DNA from: Iphione sp. A-MEVVRFRX5
Taxonomy: Eukaryota
Assembly (NCBI GenBank): GCA_976226885.1
Contig: OZ320320.1
Location: forward strand, 61,876,001-61,940,000
DNA: 64,000 bases
Reading direction: 5' to 3'
This document shows, piece by piece, positions 34,543 to 47,730 of this stretch. How positions within the stretch are numbered: position 1 is the stretch's first letter; each line of letters opens with the position of its first letter. The notes under the pieces are model-generated. The model was not told the DNA's origin and searched no databases. It was given only the letters and a program-made list of their open reading frames with translations. Both the position numbers and the translations under genes were made by a program.

Positions 34543-34824
34543 CTGAAAAAAAATCAGATGAAATGTTTGTCACGCTTTCTCAATATGAACCTCTGTTCTT
34601 TTGATAAGGGTATTTATCTGTGACACAAAAGGTAGGGATAATGTTTGAATACGAATTGATGACGGCTACCCATTAGGATAAAACTCAGTACTAATTCATA
34701 TCAAATTAATACATGTGCTGTATTTATCATGACCTCCTTAAACAAAACGTTATAACGACCTACCCTCTTTCCCAGTATGATTAAATAGTATCAACACAAA
34801 TGATGCATAAAGTGGCTGACGTAC

Positions 34825-34971
34825 TGTGCACTTGGACGACATCATCCAGGTTGGGGAAGAGAACATGGGCGAGGTCCTGGGCGATCCAGCCTTCGGATCT
34901 CATGGGTAGGTAGAACACGCGGTGCATCACTTTGAGTGTGCGCATGTGTGTGCGTTCGGTGTGGATGAGCT
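34825..34971 (-). CDS. ARHGEF11/12: RhoGEF exon: DH (ELIHTERTHMRTLKV...FPNLDDVVQVH)
   Basis: tcccag / gtacgt, phase 1-1. Confidence 0.95.
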
Positions 34972-35602
34972 CTGGGAAAACAGACGCAAGGAAATCAGTC
35001 TGCTAGTCGAGACATTCAAAAAACACGTCATTACCCCTAGGCATGGGCCAGTACTTGTCTGGTAATTGTTCATTTTCCAGCACTGCTACAAATGAACCGG
35101 CAGATCAATCAAGGTTCCAACGCTGCAGAGTACATACACACCGTATAAGCCTTCTTTACTGAAAATAACTGTTTAATATATACATGGGTATATACCAGGG
35201 TATTCCTGGTTGTTATTTTCAACGTATGTTCATGTACATACACTGTATTTTCCTTGGTTGGGATTTGAAATTTATGAGACTGAGATGATACGAAATGACT
35301 CTAAACAACTCGATATGTTATTTAACAGAGATTCAACCTTTCAGAACTGCCGTGTTATACTTAAACAGGATTAACAGATGCCATTTAGGACAAAACAGTT
35401 CCTAAAACATGAGTGAAAGAAAATCTCTGAGGAGCTTCGTTCAGAAGCAGAACTATTACTCTCAACTCCATGCAGGTTAACAGGTCACGGTCAACAGGAT
35501 GGATTCCTCCTTACTCCCCAATGCATTTTCGATAGTATCTCCGCCTTTACAGGATTAGCTTTCTTCGTTACTGCCAGTCGAAGGCACTAATGGACACCTT
35601 AC

Positions 35603-35790
35603 CATTTATCACATCCTGGCGCTTCTTCTCCTTGGGCTTCAGTTTTCGGAGCACCTCGGGAGGGATGCTCAGCGGCGGCAGCTCGTTCTCCACCTCCAGG
35701 TCCGAGTCGTCGAGGCTCAGGTGGAGCTTGGCGGTTGATGTCAGCTGCTCGGTGCTGAGCCACTCACTCGAGTTGCTCGGGCTCTCGATG
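35603..35790 (-). CDS. ARHGEF11/12: RhoGEF exon: pre-DH and DH start (...KLKPKEKKRQDVIN)
   Basis: tggtag / gtaagg, phase 2-1. Confidence 0.93.
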
Positions 35791-36088
35791 CTACCAAGGG
35801 AACACGGCAAATTATGTTTGTGTGTGTATGTGTGTGAATGAGCGTGTGTTACAAATGTTTCAAAGGTAAGAAGGTTACAACGATATTGACCTCGCAGGCG
35901 ACAGCACAGGTCTTAACGCCTCGGCCTAGACAACAGAGGAACGAGATAACAGCGTTAAGCGCTGTTATCACAGATACAAGAAGGGTCTTGTTATCCTAAG
36001 TCACATTGTTACAGGAACAGCCATAAAAGAAAACGTCAGGTATGTAGCTGAACCAGACGAGTTGGCGAGGAATGGGAAGGCGACGTAC

Positions 36089-36163
36089 CTGCCGGTTATG
36101 CTGTTGTCGCTTCCGGACGGGTTGAGAACGGTCTTGACGCTGGGGTCGTCGACGTGAAGGTCA
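36089..36163 (-). CDS. ARHGEF11/12: RhoGEF exon (SDLHVDDPSVKTVLNPSGSDNSITG)
   Basis: tgttag / gtacgt, phase 2-2. Confidence 0.88.
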
Positions 36164-36635
36164 CTAACACAAAAGAAAGAATCCCCACGTGAACAACGCA
36201 AGAAAACGGGGCCACTTAACAACAGCACCACCACGCACGGTCAGTGTCATCAGGCAGACCAGCAATACAGATAACGAAACAGGTGAGCAGAAAATGAACC
36301 AAAAGGAGTCATCAAACGATGCTAACAAAAAAAACAGGCCCTGTGTAATGAAAATAAAAACACTCCCTGCATAGATAATAGGTGAAATACAATCGATCGA
36401 GTAAACTGTGAATACAATAACTTGGTCGGCTGCGTTTTACGGAGCGTCGATAACATCTTCCCGTAAGTTATTGGGTCCCCAGCGAACAAACCATATCGAC
36501 CACTCAGCTACCCAGATGAACGGAGTACCATGTCATCTACATCGACCTCTAAGCTTTTATCACTCCATCTAAGAAGGAGAGGGGCAGGGGGCGGCGTCAA
36601 GGACTACCTCTCGCTGTCTAAAGAGCAAACCTTAC

Positions 36636-36707
36636 CTTTGGGATCGTCGGATCTTTGACTTAATTTCCTGTTTGTTTTTCAAACTTTCCGACCGGCCAAC
36701 TGGTTTC
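36636..36707 (-). CDS. ARHGEF11/12: RhoGEF exon (RKPVGRSESLKNKQEIKSKIRRSQ)
   Basis: tgacag / gtaagg, phase 2-2; GRSESLK motif known from PDZ-RhoGEF/LARG. Confidence 0.9.
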
Positions 36708-39233
36708 CTGTCATGAGAATGCCACGGTTTAACTGTGAATCGTGTCAAACGAAGGCTAGCAGAGTGAGCAAAGTTCTCAAATCTCAGCTTTCAGTTGTAT
36801 GTGTGGGTGAAGTCTTTTTTTCTTTTGGAGGAGCTTTAAACTTTTTCTTCTTCAAACTATAATGTACGTGTATTTGTGTAGTGGAAATCGACGGCTTATC
36901 GAAACAACAAATAATAACAGTGATACCGACATTTTTTTAAAGACGCCGATATTAGTGCAAACGGAAAATGTGATCTAGATAAAAACGTGTCACGTGACTG
37001 CTGAGAACTATCCTCTAGAATGCAGTTAACTGCTAAGAACTCCGTGGGTTAGTAGAACAAACAACACTTAGGTATCCACCATTACGATACACGGCATCGA
37101 GTATTACAGGTAGAGCGTAGTGGGGCTATCCAATACACTGTAACCCCAACTAGCATACAGTTCTGCAAGTTTACAGGATGACCTTCAAAATGCACAATTA
37201 ACCCTCCAGTTAACCTGGAGATCCTGCATTTACTTATAGCACCAAGAATAACATTAATCAACTTCCAGTTCATTTCTACAAAGTGACGTCAGATACATTT
37301 ATCTTTTCTTTTTTTTTTCTTTAAATACATGTAGTGAATGGTGAAAGATGTTTCGATACTTTCTGTGATATTATCGCATTATCACTTGGCAAAACCTACA
37401 AGCATAGTTCTGTGAAAGCAGCGGTGAATTTTAAGTGTCCACACAGTTTTTCGGTGTCGAGTACAGCATTATATCAACGTGCTTATAAAGATAAGAGGTG
37501 AAATAAGTGATACGCTCCTCTGCCTAAAACTACTTGGATGGCTGAGGGCTGGTGAGACACTCCAGATTCCAGTCATGTCAAACCATACTTCTGTGGTCCT
37601 AGTAGGAGGTGTTATAGTTACGGCTATGGGGCGGGAGGGCAGTANNNNNNNNNNNNNNNNNNNNNNNNNNNNNNNNNNNNNNNNNNNNNNNNNNNNNNNN
37701 NNNNNNNNNNNNNNNNNNNNNNNNNNNNNNNNNNNNNNNNNNNNNNNNNNNNNNNNNNNNNNNNNNNNNNNNNNNNNNNNNNNNNNNNNNNNNNNNNNNN
37801 NNNNNNNNNNNNNNNNNNNNNNNNNNNNNCTGTCTGAGGGATTTGCCAGAGATGTAGTGTGCAAGGAAGAGGGACTCACATAACTGGGATCCGGAGTGTC
37901 TTAAAAAAAAAGACTGGCGTGTGCTTGAAGACGAAAAGCTTCCTGCATAGCTGAGGATGCAAACAACCGGGTAGCTACCATTCCTTCTCCTATCCAAATC
38001 TACTTATCCGAGGTATTGAGCAAAACAATAGCCCAGCGTGAACGGGGGAAGGGCAAGGGAGAGGAAGGCGAACCAGTCGCCAACCCAGAATACCACAGAA
38101 AAAGGAAAGGCTTGGCGGAGAAGAGAAGGAAGATGGGGGTCTGTGGTGGTGCCTAAAGCTCTTCATTTCCCTTCATGTATGGGGTGGAAGCACAAACCGT
38201 GGAACACAACAAGCCAATGGGATTCACTTATTTTTACAGGTATGCAAACAAGCAGGCTCAGTGAAGGAACAAACCACATAATGTATGTATTTAAAATATA
38301 ACCTTGACTGTGTACATGATGGAACCTGATGAAAATAGATTCTATGACCTATTTTCATACCAGGTCACCATGACCTAATTTCAAACTGTGACGACAGGGA
38401 AAGCAACACCTACTTCTTCGGTGGTTTCAGAATTGGAGTTGTTATTCTAAAAAAAAGTGTAATCACAAAAAAAATCAAAGCATTTTGAAATAGCATCTGT
38501 AGTCAGGAAAGTCATTCCAAATTTATCCAGAAGCTGCATAGTCCCTGAAAGAGCTTACTTTCAGGGATATGCGTGCTTGAGACAAGTGAGGAATTTGGAA
38601 TTCAGGAACATTTAGAAGTATCAACATACAGTCAACATTGTAGCAAACACAGCAGCAGCTAACATGAAAGGCATTACATTTTAACAGTGAGGCTAGCGGG
38701 ATGCCTACATCTTCAGCCCTGCGTGCGTCGTGGTTCCCCTCTTGGTTAAGATATGATAGCTAAACAGAAGCTTAAGATTCCTTTAAGTTGGAGGCCCAGT
38801 TGAATTATAAGTGGCTGCTCTTAAAGCAATATTCAAGACTGCATACTGGCTCCGAAATCACATGGAGAGATACTGAATACTCAACAAGACAACAGGCATT
38901 CACGTGGAACACAAGTTTAAAATGGTAAACGAGGTAAAAGTAGATGCTACACAGGAAACTCTTCAATGAAAGATCAAATGAATGCCATCATCTGCTTCTG
39001 AACGCCTTCCATCTGAAGAAACGGGGGCGTTGTCAAAGATTCTGATTCACAACAAGTTCCAAAACATGATGCATTAGCTTGGAAATACTCGGGGGAAAAA
39101 AAGGACTGAATGTCTTTTGATGATTTATTTGCTTGAGTCTCACTAATGTACAGAGCGGAGGATGGCATCCGTCTTCACAGGGAAACGCACGGTGGAAGGC
39201 GTAACGCCGACAGGAAGGCTGCGAGAGACATAC

Positions 39234-39360
39234 CTTGAAATGCTGTCTGGATCCTGGCCTGGTTCTGGACTCCGGCCCCGGGGCGGGGAGCCTTGCGACC
39301 GCACGTCGTCCGGAGACCGCGGGCTGGCAGGCTCCATGAGCTGACTGACGGGCCGCAAGT
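39234..39360 (-). CDS. ARHGEF11/12: RhoGEF exon: linker (DLRPVSQLMEPASPRSP...)
   Basis: ttgcag / gtatgt, phase 1-2. Confidence 0.87.
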
Positions 39361-39728
39361 CTGCAAGGAGAAAGGCCGAGCCAGTGAATAAGTCACAGCT
39401 CCCGTAAAACACCAGCAATTTCACGAGCGGCGAAATTCAACAATAGTGAAGCTACACTGGTCGGTGTCATTTGGTCGTTAACAAAACGGAGACCCGTCTT
39501 ACAGAACATCGACGAATTGCAGCTGATACAAAGGTAGTGACAACATTTAACAGAGTTGTGGTCTCATCATTAACAAATACAGAGGAGCCAGTCAGAGCCC
39601 CCCCCCCACCCCACCCACCCCCCATCCACCCATCAACCAAGTCGTGTAAACGGTGAAGTAAAAGCTAACTGGTTCGTCAAAATCAGAATTCAAATAAGAT
39701 CGTCGACACCGCTGTCTGCTTGGATTAC

Positions 39729-40058
39729 CTAGGTCGTATTCATCACTTGGTTTTGCTGCTTCATCGACACCTGCCGACGGTATCGTAGTGTAAAAGGTGG
39801 CCGCATTTTTCGGACCTGAGCTATCTAAAGAGAGGATCTTGCGGTATCGCTTCCATGTTGGTGACGCCGGCACTTTCCTCACTGAGCCGGCGGTGGCTTC
39901 TGCCCCGCTCTCCGGTAGGGGGCCGACGGCGGACGGGGGCGAAAGTCCTTTCAGTGACCTTCCCGAGGCCGCCGAGCCCGCCACGTGGCCAGCTGCGCCG
40001 CCGGCCGCGGTGGTGGATCCTGCTGCTTGACTGCACCGACTGGAGCCCTGGTTCTCCT
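39729..40058 (-). CDS. Candidate cassette or alternative first exon of the RhoGEF
   Basis: 330 nt, phase 1-1, open GC-rich frame, donor AG|gtaatc; acceptor weak; in-frame ATG at 40116. Confidence 0.5.
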
Positions 40059-41596
40059 CTTCGTGTGAGAACCATGACAGGAGCATGAAGGTGACATTAA
40101 GGTTTTGACAGGACATAACTTAAAACTTTGAGACAAATGTCACAACTTCGCCTCTTCTTGACGACATGCCATACACGGGCATACATACATGCATATTTTT
40201 TTTGTTTCTTTTTTTTTTAAAGCCTTTAAGTTTTCAGCCATTCAGACACACATTTAATTTGTTTACTGAATATAAACGCTGGATATCTGTGCTAATAAAA
40301 CTTGCTTATATTCAACCTGACTAACCCCACGACACTAGCGATGTCATTATGGGATTGTGACTGGCCCTAGCAACGGTAGCTACAATGGAAGCATTTTTAC
40401 TTGATACTTATGGTAACATCTGCAGTCTACATTTTTCAGCTACGTCTCTCGGTATATGAGTATCAAATAATGTTACTTATTCAGCTTAAATAACATGTTA
40501 GCTAGCCTTGAGACATCTTCCAGTGCGGTGCTCAAATATACTCGCTTAAGGCTCTTATCACGTGTTTGTCACGCGGTAGATGGTGGTGAGTCTTGATTGG
40601 AAGCCTTTCCAAGTTCTTCCTGTTAACTTGGCATCCGACTTGCCACTTACATGCTCTGTTACTGGCTAAAAAACTGACTGGGAAGCGATCTTAGACGAGA
40701 ATGCAACGGCGGAATCCTTCCATGTTGAACTTACTTCGCCTGCTTAAAGCTTTTTGTTTGTGCCAACTTGATACTGGATCGTGTATACCAGGCAAGTAGT
40801 TATAAGACGTACTGAAGTAAACTTATCCAAGCGAGAGTCGTTAACCATTCGTCTGATCCTGTCTGGTCTTATGCAAAGCAGAGGAAAAAAGCTGAAAGCT
40901 GGGAGTCCGATGGCAAAAATTCTTGGTTAACGTGCAGCGCAGGATGGTACTCTGGATTAAGTAGTTAATATGAAGTTCTGGTGATAAACTTCATGTCTGC
41001 ATTCTTCATTATGTTCACTTATTTCCTCTTCGTTCGAGCTTGGCAAGCCTGGCTGAACTTACCGAGCAACCTAACCAAGGTTTCTTTATAAACACTTGGC
41101 TCAGGTGGCAACAACGGTACGTCTTTTACCAGTGTCCGTAGTCTTAGTCTAGATGAACTTGAACAAGCTTAGCTGTCTATTATGTGTTTGTCGCGTGCAA
41201 GCGTAGAAATTAAGCCATCTTAATATGTTCTTGTGATCATCCGTGCCGCCAATTTCTATCCAACTCTTATCAACTTGATCTATGAATATTTCTTCAATGG
41301 AATTTCGTTACCATCTGCTGACATGGGCAGAACGATCTTGTTTTACGTATCTTGAGATTACATGTATACAAAAAGGAGGTGGATGTCCATACTGGTTACT
41401 GCATTTTTAACTCGTGCAGGTCCAAAGAAAAAGTGATAAAGGAGGGCGGAGGGGTAGTATACCAACTGCTTCCCCTGATACCCGTATTACAAAAGCGAGG
41501 TTTACTCCAATCCCGTAGATAACTCGTGGAGGGAATAACCCCCTCCCTCCCCCTCCCATCAGACTGGGGCGCCCTCTGTAGGCTGCCAGAACATAC

Positions 41597-41719
41597 CATG
41601 GTCGTTGTCGTCTTCCTCGCGCACGGAGCGTACGTGGAAGGTGGAGCCCCCCGTGGTGCTGGTGGGGCTGATGTAACCGTCGTCCGAGGAGGACCGCTGG
41701 TTTCCATCCTTCGGGGAAC
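41597..41719 (-). CDS. ARHGEF11/12: RhoGEF exon: linker (SPKDGNQRSSSDDG...)
   Basis: ttgcag / gtatgt, phase 1-1, open frame. Confidence 0.85.
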
Positions 41720-44471
41720 CTGCAAGCAGAGCGAGACGACTTTTAGGCTACCGGGCGGGGGACAGAGAGAGTCGGAGAGACACAATGGTGTGCTCAGCGG
41801 CAAAGCCTTGTAATAAAGAGACCAACGACAACATCGTACGGCGGCTGACCCGTTTCTCTCATTACGGTCTTGCTGAAATCACCAGACCTGATTTTCAAGG
41901 CTGTTATGGAAAGCAGGGCTGCATGCAAAAAGAAGTCCACCTCAGTACGGTATCGACATTCCATGTGTCTACTGAGAACAGTGATTAGATTTATTGGGGT
42001 GTCCCTTTAAACTTCCCAAGTTTAAACCTAGAAATTCGTTCGATATTGTCTATATATATAGACAGCTTTTCTGAATTTTACTCCAAGAGGCGCTTCACTT
42101 TGTATGTTGATTATCTTTTATCATGAACTTAAAGAAAGAGAGAGGGAGGATGGGGACACATGAGTAAACTCATCCCATGCCCCACCTTTGTAAATGCCCT
42201 CTCAAACCCCAGGCACACCTCTGGCCACCTGCTAGAACCTGCTTCAGTTGACCTCAGATTGCCTGGGTTAGGTTGGGCAATATATTGCTGATCTTGTGAT
42301 GGTAGCAAAAAATCAATTTTACAATAGACAGTAATCATTTGATACCAGGGCCAACAATGACCCTGTGCACTGGAGAGAAGACGTACAGTTGACAGATTAT
42401 TACTACCTCACAGTATGGACCCAAATTATGTTAATGGCTAGAGTCAACATCAGAGCTAAGTTCTGGCAGGAAGCCCAGCTTACAGGAGTGATATAACATG
42501 GAACTCTCCGGTCGTGACAGCCCTAGAGCAACCACGTCCTTTTGACACACACAGACGTATATCTAAGACGGTGGCTCAGCTGCCTTGTGACCTCAGGCAG
42601 CCTTGTCCCAAACCGAAACTTTGTCCTTCAACTAGACGATGGGGTTAAACATGGGAAAAGTGAGGCCATAAAGCTAACCTTCTTGACTAGGAACATTTAA
42701 AACGATATACATTTAATGCCACATAAAGCACAATAAGGAGACGGGCTGTTAAAATGACATCTACACACGCACATCAACGGGACGGTGGACCTTACAAATT
42801 ATGACCTATCCAGAAGCAATACTGATGTGAACATGAAAATGAAAAGTAACTTTACCAAGACTTTAAACGTTAAAAGTTGTATACATCCAAATTACAGCTT
42901 CTTAAAATCAGAAGAAATCATAGACCTTTTGGAAACTCGCAATGGATTTTTCTTTCTGCAAACTGCCCAATCTTTCTGTCAGAGAAATAAGCTCTATGTT
43001 TGACAGTATGTTTGGAGCGCTAAATACGGTTAAAATGGGGAAGACGATAGTTAATGTTAGTGGCAAAGTTATTGGGTATACGGTAAAGAAGAATCAAATG
43101 AACTAAACTGTATTGTTTTAAGAACATAAGAAATATATTACCTTTGAACATTATTTTGCTTTTTAAGCGTGTATCACACACTTTATCCTTCTAAGAACTG
43201 AGAAGGGTTAAAATGCTCAGGTAATTTCCCTCTTACTGGTGTTTGCACGACAGAAGAAGGCTTACAACATATCCCCGAGAGCATAGAAATGAAAAAAAGA
43301 TTACTGTTGATGTCAGACTCATTGCCTTTTACTTAACACTTTATAAACACGAAGTGCATTTATTGTTATTATCAGCACGTCTGCTAAGTGGACTTTTAGT
43401 TGGCTTAGCCCGTGAGACCAAAACATCTGCTCATATACATACATATACATACGCACACCAAGCTAAGAGGAACATGCCTATCATCTGCTCACACACTAAC
43501 CTAACCCCAAGCATTCGAGAGTTGCTCTTTCGTGAAGTCACTAGCAACCCAGTGACTGGCACTCTTGACCGGCTCGAACTCAGGACTACGAGCGACAACC
43601 TGATGGACAAACATGCAAGATGTCTTCTTGTTTCGCTCACTCAAGTGCACCCGCAAACTTGCGTCTCCACTTGTGGCAGTTTTCCCTTAGCAAAGATCAT
43701 GCTAACTGACACGCAACATGCATTCGTGGGGGCTTACATCTACTGTGGAACAAAAAGGAGCAATTCGCAATTCGGGAAGGACGGAGGGGGAGAGGCAATT
43801 AGCAACAACTACTTCAAGCTTGAGGCAAAGAGAGTGAAGCACACCGAGACGAAGAATGAATGATTGGTTACCATGGTGATGGTGGTGGTTATTGTCAAGA
43901 TGCAGGTTGAAGAATCCTGAGGCAGCGAAAAAAATATGATCAAGATTGTCTTTCAGCAGGATTCCTGGGCGTGATATCTTCTCTAACAACATTCGCTTTT
44001 GCACTATGCCAAAGTCAGACCTTCACTGGCATAAGCTTGAGGGCTTTCGCTGGCTATTTAACGCAGTGGCGAGAGTATTTTATTGAAAGCACGGTGAAGA
44101 AATAATTGTTCTTAAATATTCTACTGGTGATGCCTGCGACAGCCGATGTCTTGGCGGGTTATGAATGATACAATGAAGATAAAAGTCACAGCAAAGGAAA
44201 AGGACTTCGTGATTATGTTGAACTGTCTGCAATAATATTAGTGTCAAGAAAGCAGAAACCAGCTCGCAGCAGGAAGAAAAATGGCTTACTCTGTAAATGT
44301 ATAAGCGTGTCTGTAAGTGATAACTTTCCTACGTGTATTGTTGCTAAAAGTATGGAAAAAAAATACCCCACAATCATATACAAGCTATAAGCACATCTCA
44401 CAGATTTTATACGATTTGTGTCCCTCTTTCATTTTACTCAGGGCTACCCAGTGAATACGAGATGGACTTAC

Positions 44472-44597
44472 TCGTGGGCTGGGTGACAACGGATGGCTTG
44501 CGAATGATGCGCATGAGTTGGTTGCGACCCTTCTTGCGGTCCTTGCAGGAGTCACGTATTGATTCACAGCACTGCCTGTGAGCATTTATTTCACAAA
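44472..44597 (-). CDS. ARHGEF11/12: RhoGEF exon: end of C1 domain (FCEINAHRQCCESIRDSC...)
   Basis: ccacag / gtaagt, phase 1-1; completes the H-x12-C-x2-C-x13-C-x2-C-x4-H-x2-C-x7-C consensus. Confidence 0.93.
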
Positions 44598-44803
44598 CTG
44601 TGGAAGAGAAGGGTTAAACTGCAGTCAGTGTCTATATATATACTACCCTGAATTAGCGACACTATCAACGGGAGAAAAAGAAAATCATGACTACAATACT
44701 ACTCGCACCGTCCGCTTCATTTATGTAAGACGTGTTTACACTAACTAGGAGATCATCTGGCCGGCAACATATAACAGTTGATAAACAATAGAGGAGTCCT
44801 TAC

Positions 44804-45090
44804 ATTGGCACTGATAGCCTTGGTAGCCTATTCCCCATATAATCTGGCCACAGTGATGACACGCCGTCGTCGTATAGTAGGCGATGGGGAGAAAGCTATG
44901 GTCCCCGACGATAACTTGACGCTTGTTGGTGGATTTGAGCTTGAAGAGCTTGCGGTCTTTGGCAACGAAGATGGGGCACCGGTCAAGGGCGGCGCCGTTC
45001 TTGCCCGACAGCGTGCAGCCGACCTGCTTCAGAACAGTGGCTAACGCATAGGCCATTGCCTGGTTCCGGTCACTGTGCTCCTCATTTTCA
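44804..45090 (-). CDS. ARHGEF11/12: RhoGEF exon: end of RH, start of C1 domain
   Basis: tcccag / gtaagg, phase 2-1; HSFLPIAYYTTTACHHCGQIIWGIGYQGYQCQ. Confidence 0.93.
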
Positions 45091-45606
45091 CTGGGAAAAT
45101 TGTAACGAAAGGATAGTTAAATATGAAATAACAGAAATATTCCAAGCGAGCACTCCACCATGTGTAAGGTAGGTAAGGTACATTACGTGGTCGGAAAACA
45201 TAACTCACGGGGTCGCTTAATTACAACACCAGTCAGAATACAGGTTTATCTCTACTCACATGTAGAGCTATATCATGGTTGGACCAATAACCCGACAGAA
45301 AGGAGACAAAAGAAACATGTAGTAAGAATAAAGAGAGACTGAATGTGACAGACAAAGCGAGAAGCAGAAAGAATGGGCTAGAGACAGAAATACATTTAAT
45401 GAAGTGTGCCACAACNNNNNNNNNNNNNNNNNNNNNNNNNNNNNNNNNNNNNNNNNNNNNNNNNNNNNNNNNNNNNNNNNNNNNNNNNNNNNNNNNNNNN
45501 NNNNNNNNNNNNNNNNNNNNNNNNNNNNNNNNNNNNNNNNNNNNNNNNNNNNNNNNNNNNNNNNNNNNNNNNNNNNNNNNNNNNNNNNNNNNNNNNGATT
45601 GCTTAC

Positions 45607-45718
45607 AGGAGTCGCATGAAGTGAGGCACCAGGTACTTCTCCACTAGCAGTAGCTCCCTGGACCGCTCCATCGTCTCTTTTATGTTGATCTCATGCGTGC
45701 CGTACAAACTGCCGAGAC
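45607..45718 (-). CDS. ARHGEF11/12: RhoGEF exon: RH domain (GLGSLYG...PHFMRL)
   Basis: ttgcag / gtaagc, phase 1-2. Confidence 0.92.
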
Positions 45719-46712
45719 CTGCAATGGGAGGTAGCCACTATGGTTGTTTACGTGATGCCTGGCAGTGTTCCAAATATAAAGCCCATAGGTTCTAAACATA
45801 CAAGGAAACGTGTGATGATGCAAAACCTTACAAGCCTGTAATAATACTCATCGATTCTTATCATTTGCGCAGTTCCCAACATGTGCAACTTATCCGTCTA
45901 ATTCGTTCGCTGAAACCCGAGATACTATAAACCCTAAACCGTTTGGATAGTGCAAGTCGATTTTAACTGTCATTTATATCGAAGGAAAAAGCGCCTTGCA
46001 ACAACAATGAATACTTCGTATACATGTACATGCTCATCAAATCGAGATGTAACTCCACAGCAGTGCGCGAAGTTTTTCTGTCAACTATCACCCTCAAAAT
46101 AAACAAATAGTATCATACATGGTATTCAAATCAATCAACCTTCTCCAGCGCTTCACTAATTTCATGTCGAATGGGATACATAATCGCAGGATAGTCATCG
46201 CACTGTGGTTAGTTTGCCATGGCCCGCGCCCGGCGATGCGCGAAGCAGTGTTGAACAAAGAGCCCGCCAGGTGGCAGCACAGTGTCGCGCAGCTTCATGT
46301 TGAGCGCGTGGGTGGGGGAGAACAGGTAGGTACACATACATGCATGTGTAGTTGCCACTAAGATGTGTCGTATTAAAAAAACAGCATACAAATCCGCCTC
46401 GTTTCAGCCGATGTCTCTTGCTCTCCTGTATTTCACACAGAGAAATCTCTCTTGGTTTCAGTAGCACAGAATTTCTGCTTGATTACGTTTCGAAACAAAA
46501 GCGTTTTGAAAGCATTTCCTTTGTTTAAGTGGGCCACTTAAACCTCTGAGAAAAACTACACCTCTCCTAAATAAGGGCAACCCCTCGTCTGGATAAGGGG
46601 TCCTTGTTTAAATTACCAATCAAAGCGCATATGAGGAAAGACTAACCTCGACTGAGCAGCCAGCGTAGCGCCCCCCCCCCCCCCCAACGGGCCCCATGTA
46701 AATCGCGCTCAC

Positions 46713-46731
46713 CTGCGTCGAAGGCTTTCAT
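46713..46731 (-). CDS. Candidate alternative first coding exon (MKAFDA), in frame with exon 45607-45718
   Basis: ATG AAA GCC TTC GAC GCA G|gtgagc, phase 1. Confidence 0.45.
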
Positions 46732-47527
46732 TATATACTACTCAGTGCATCGCATCCTTACACCCGAGCCCGAGGCGCGGCGGTCCAGGGTCCACTTTTC
46801 TTATACTACTTGATCCAGTGGCGAGCCAAACGTCACGAAGCACCACTTTCTATACTACTAACAGAGCAGCGAGAAGCAAGCCAGCGTGACGGAGGTTCTC
46901 CCTAAGGAATGACCTTCAGTTAAATCCACATCTTGGGCGTTCTCAACTTGACTATAAGGGATGTGACATGGAGGAGTCTACCTTGCTAGCTATAACTAAG
47001 TGAGGCTAGATCATTGTCCAGAAGTCACACTCGGTTACGTACCGCCTTTTGTGATCTGAACTTGACTATTGTTCGGATATATCCTCTGTCTACACCCTGG
47101 ATATCTAACCGCCTGCCCTGGAGACCGCTCCCGGTTATCTCTCTCAAGTTGCCTTGGACGGGGAAACAATGCACCACTTGCCTCCAAGCTGCTAATGTAC
47201 CCTCACTGATAATGTAATGCCGTCATCAAATAGACTGTCTACTTAGATGTACGCCCACTCAGATAACCAACTTTCAAACCCAGCCCAGCGTGACGTCCAT
47301 CCTTGCGCGCACGCCGATCCGCGGCAGTGCAGTCCAGAGCCAACCGACCGTGACCGACGCTCTACGGAGGATTTTTAAAGTGATCAGGCCGGGGAATTTA
47401 TGGTTCGATGATGGGAAGTGCGAGTGAAATTAAGGAGATCCAGGCGGACAAACCTGTCACCCTAACCTGTCTCCTGTAACTGTTGGAAAGTGGTGGTACC
47501 AGGCACTAAGAGTAGACCTTCGCTTAC

Positions 47528-47730
47528 CTTGCCACCGAGGGCCTTCTACGCAGGGGACGCGCCGGACACGCTCAGTGGAGGTTGGGACTCAAGGCGCCAC
47601 CTCCCGGGACGCTGTGGTTGACCGACGACCGCGGAGAGCGGGCACTGTGGGCCTGATCGCGACCACAGATCAGCCAACTGTGACCACACCAAGCACGCTT
47701 CACTGAATCCCCAACTCGGGCGCCCCCTCC
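47528..47730 (-). promoter_or_regulatory. Candidate non-coding alternative first exon / internal promoter
   Basis: GC/CpG-rich stretch ending in a consensus donor CAAG|gtaagc; upstream boundary not defined. Confidence 0.4.

Larger units (their letters stand above)
29689..45596. other. Five assembly gaps: 29689-29843, 32017-32149, 33118-33263, 37645-37829, 45416-45596
   Basis: Runs of N. Confidence 0.99.

Noticed and set aside
35945-35969. 10-bp-stem hairpin gataacagcg-ttaag-cgctgttatc, and a 16-bp palindrome near 51472
   Set aside because: Too short to exceed chance in 64 kb; no miRNA-length stem and no other support.
43243-43863. 206-aa plus-strand ORF in a RhoGEF intron
   Set aside because: No domain motifs, includes low-complexity (TACA)n, and has no splice or codon support.
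29607-45647. ORFs containing X runs
   Set aside because: They are extended through N-gaps; only the parts matching RhoGEF exons are real.
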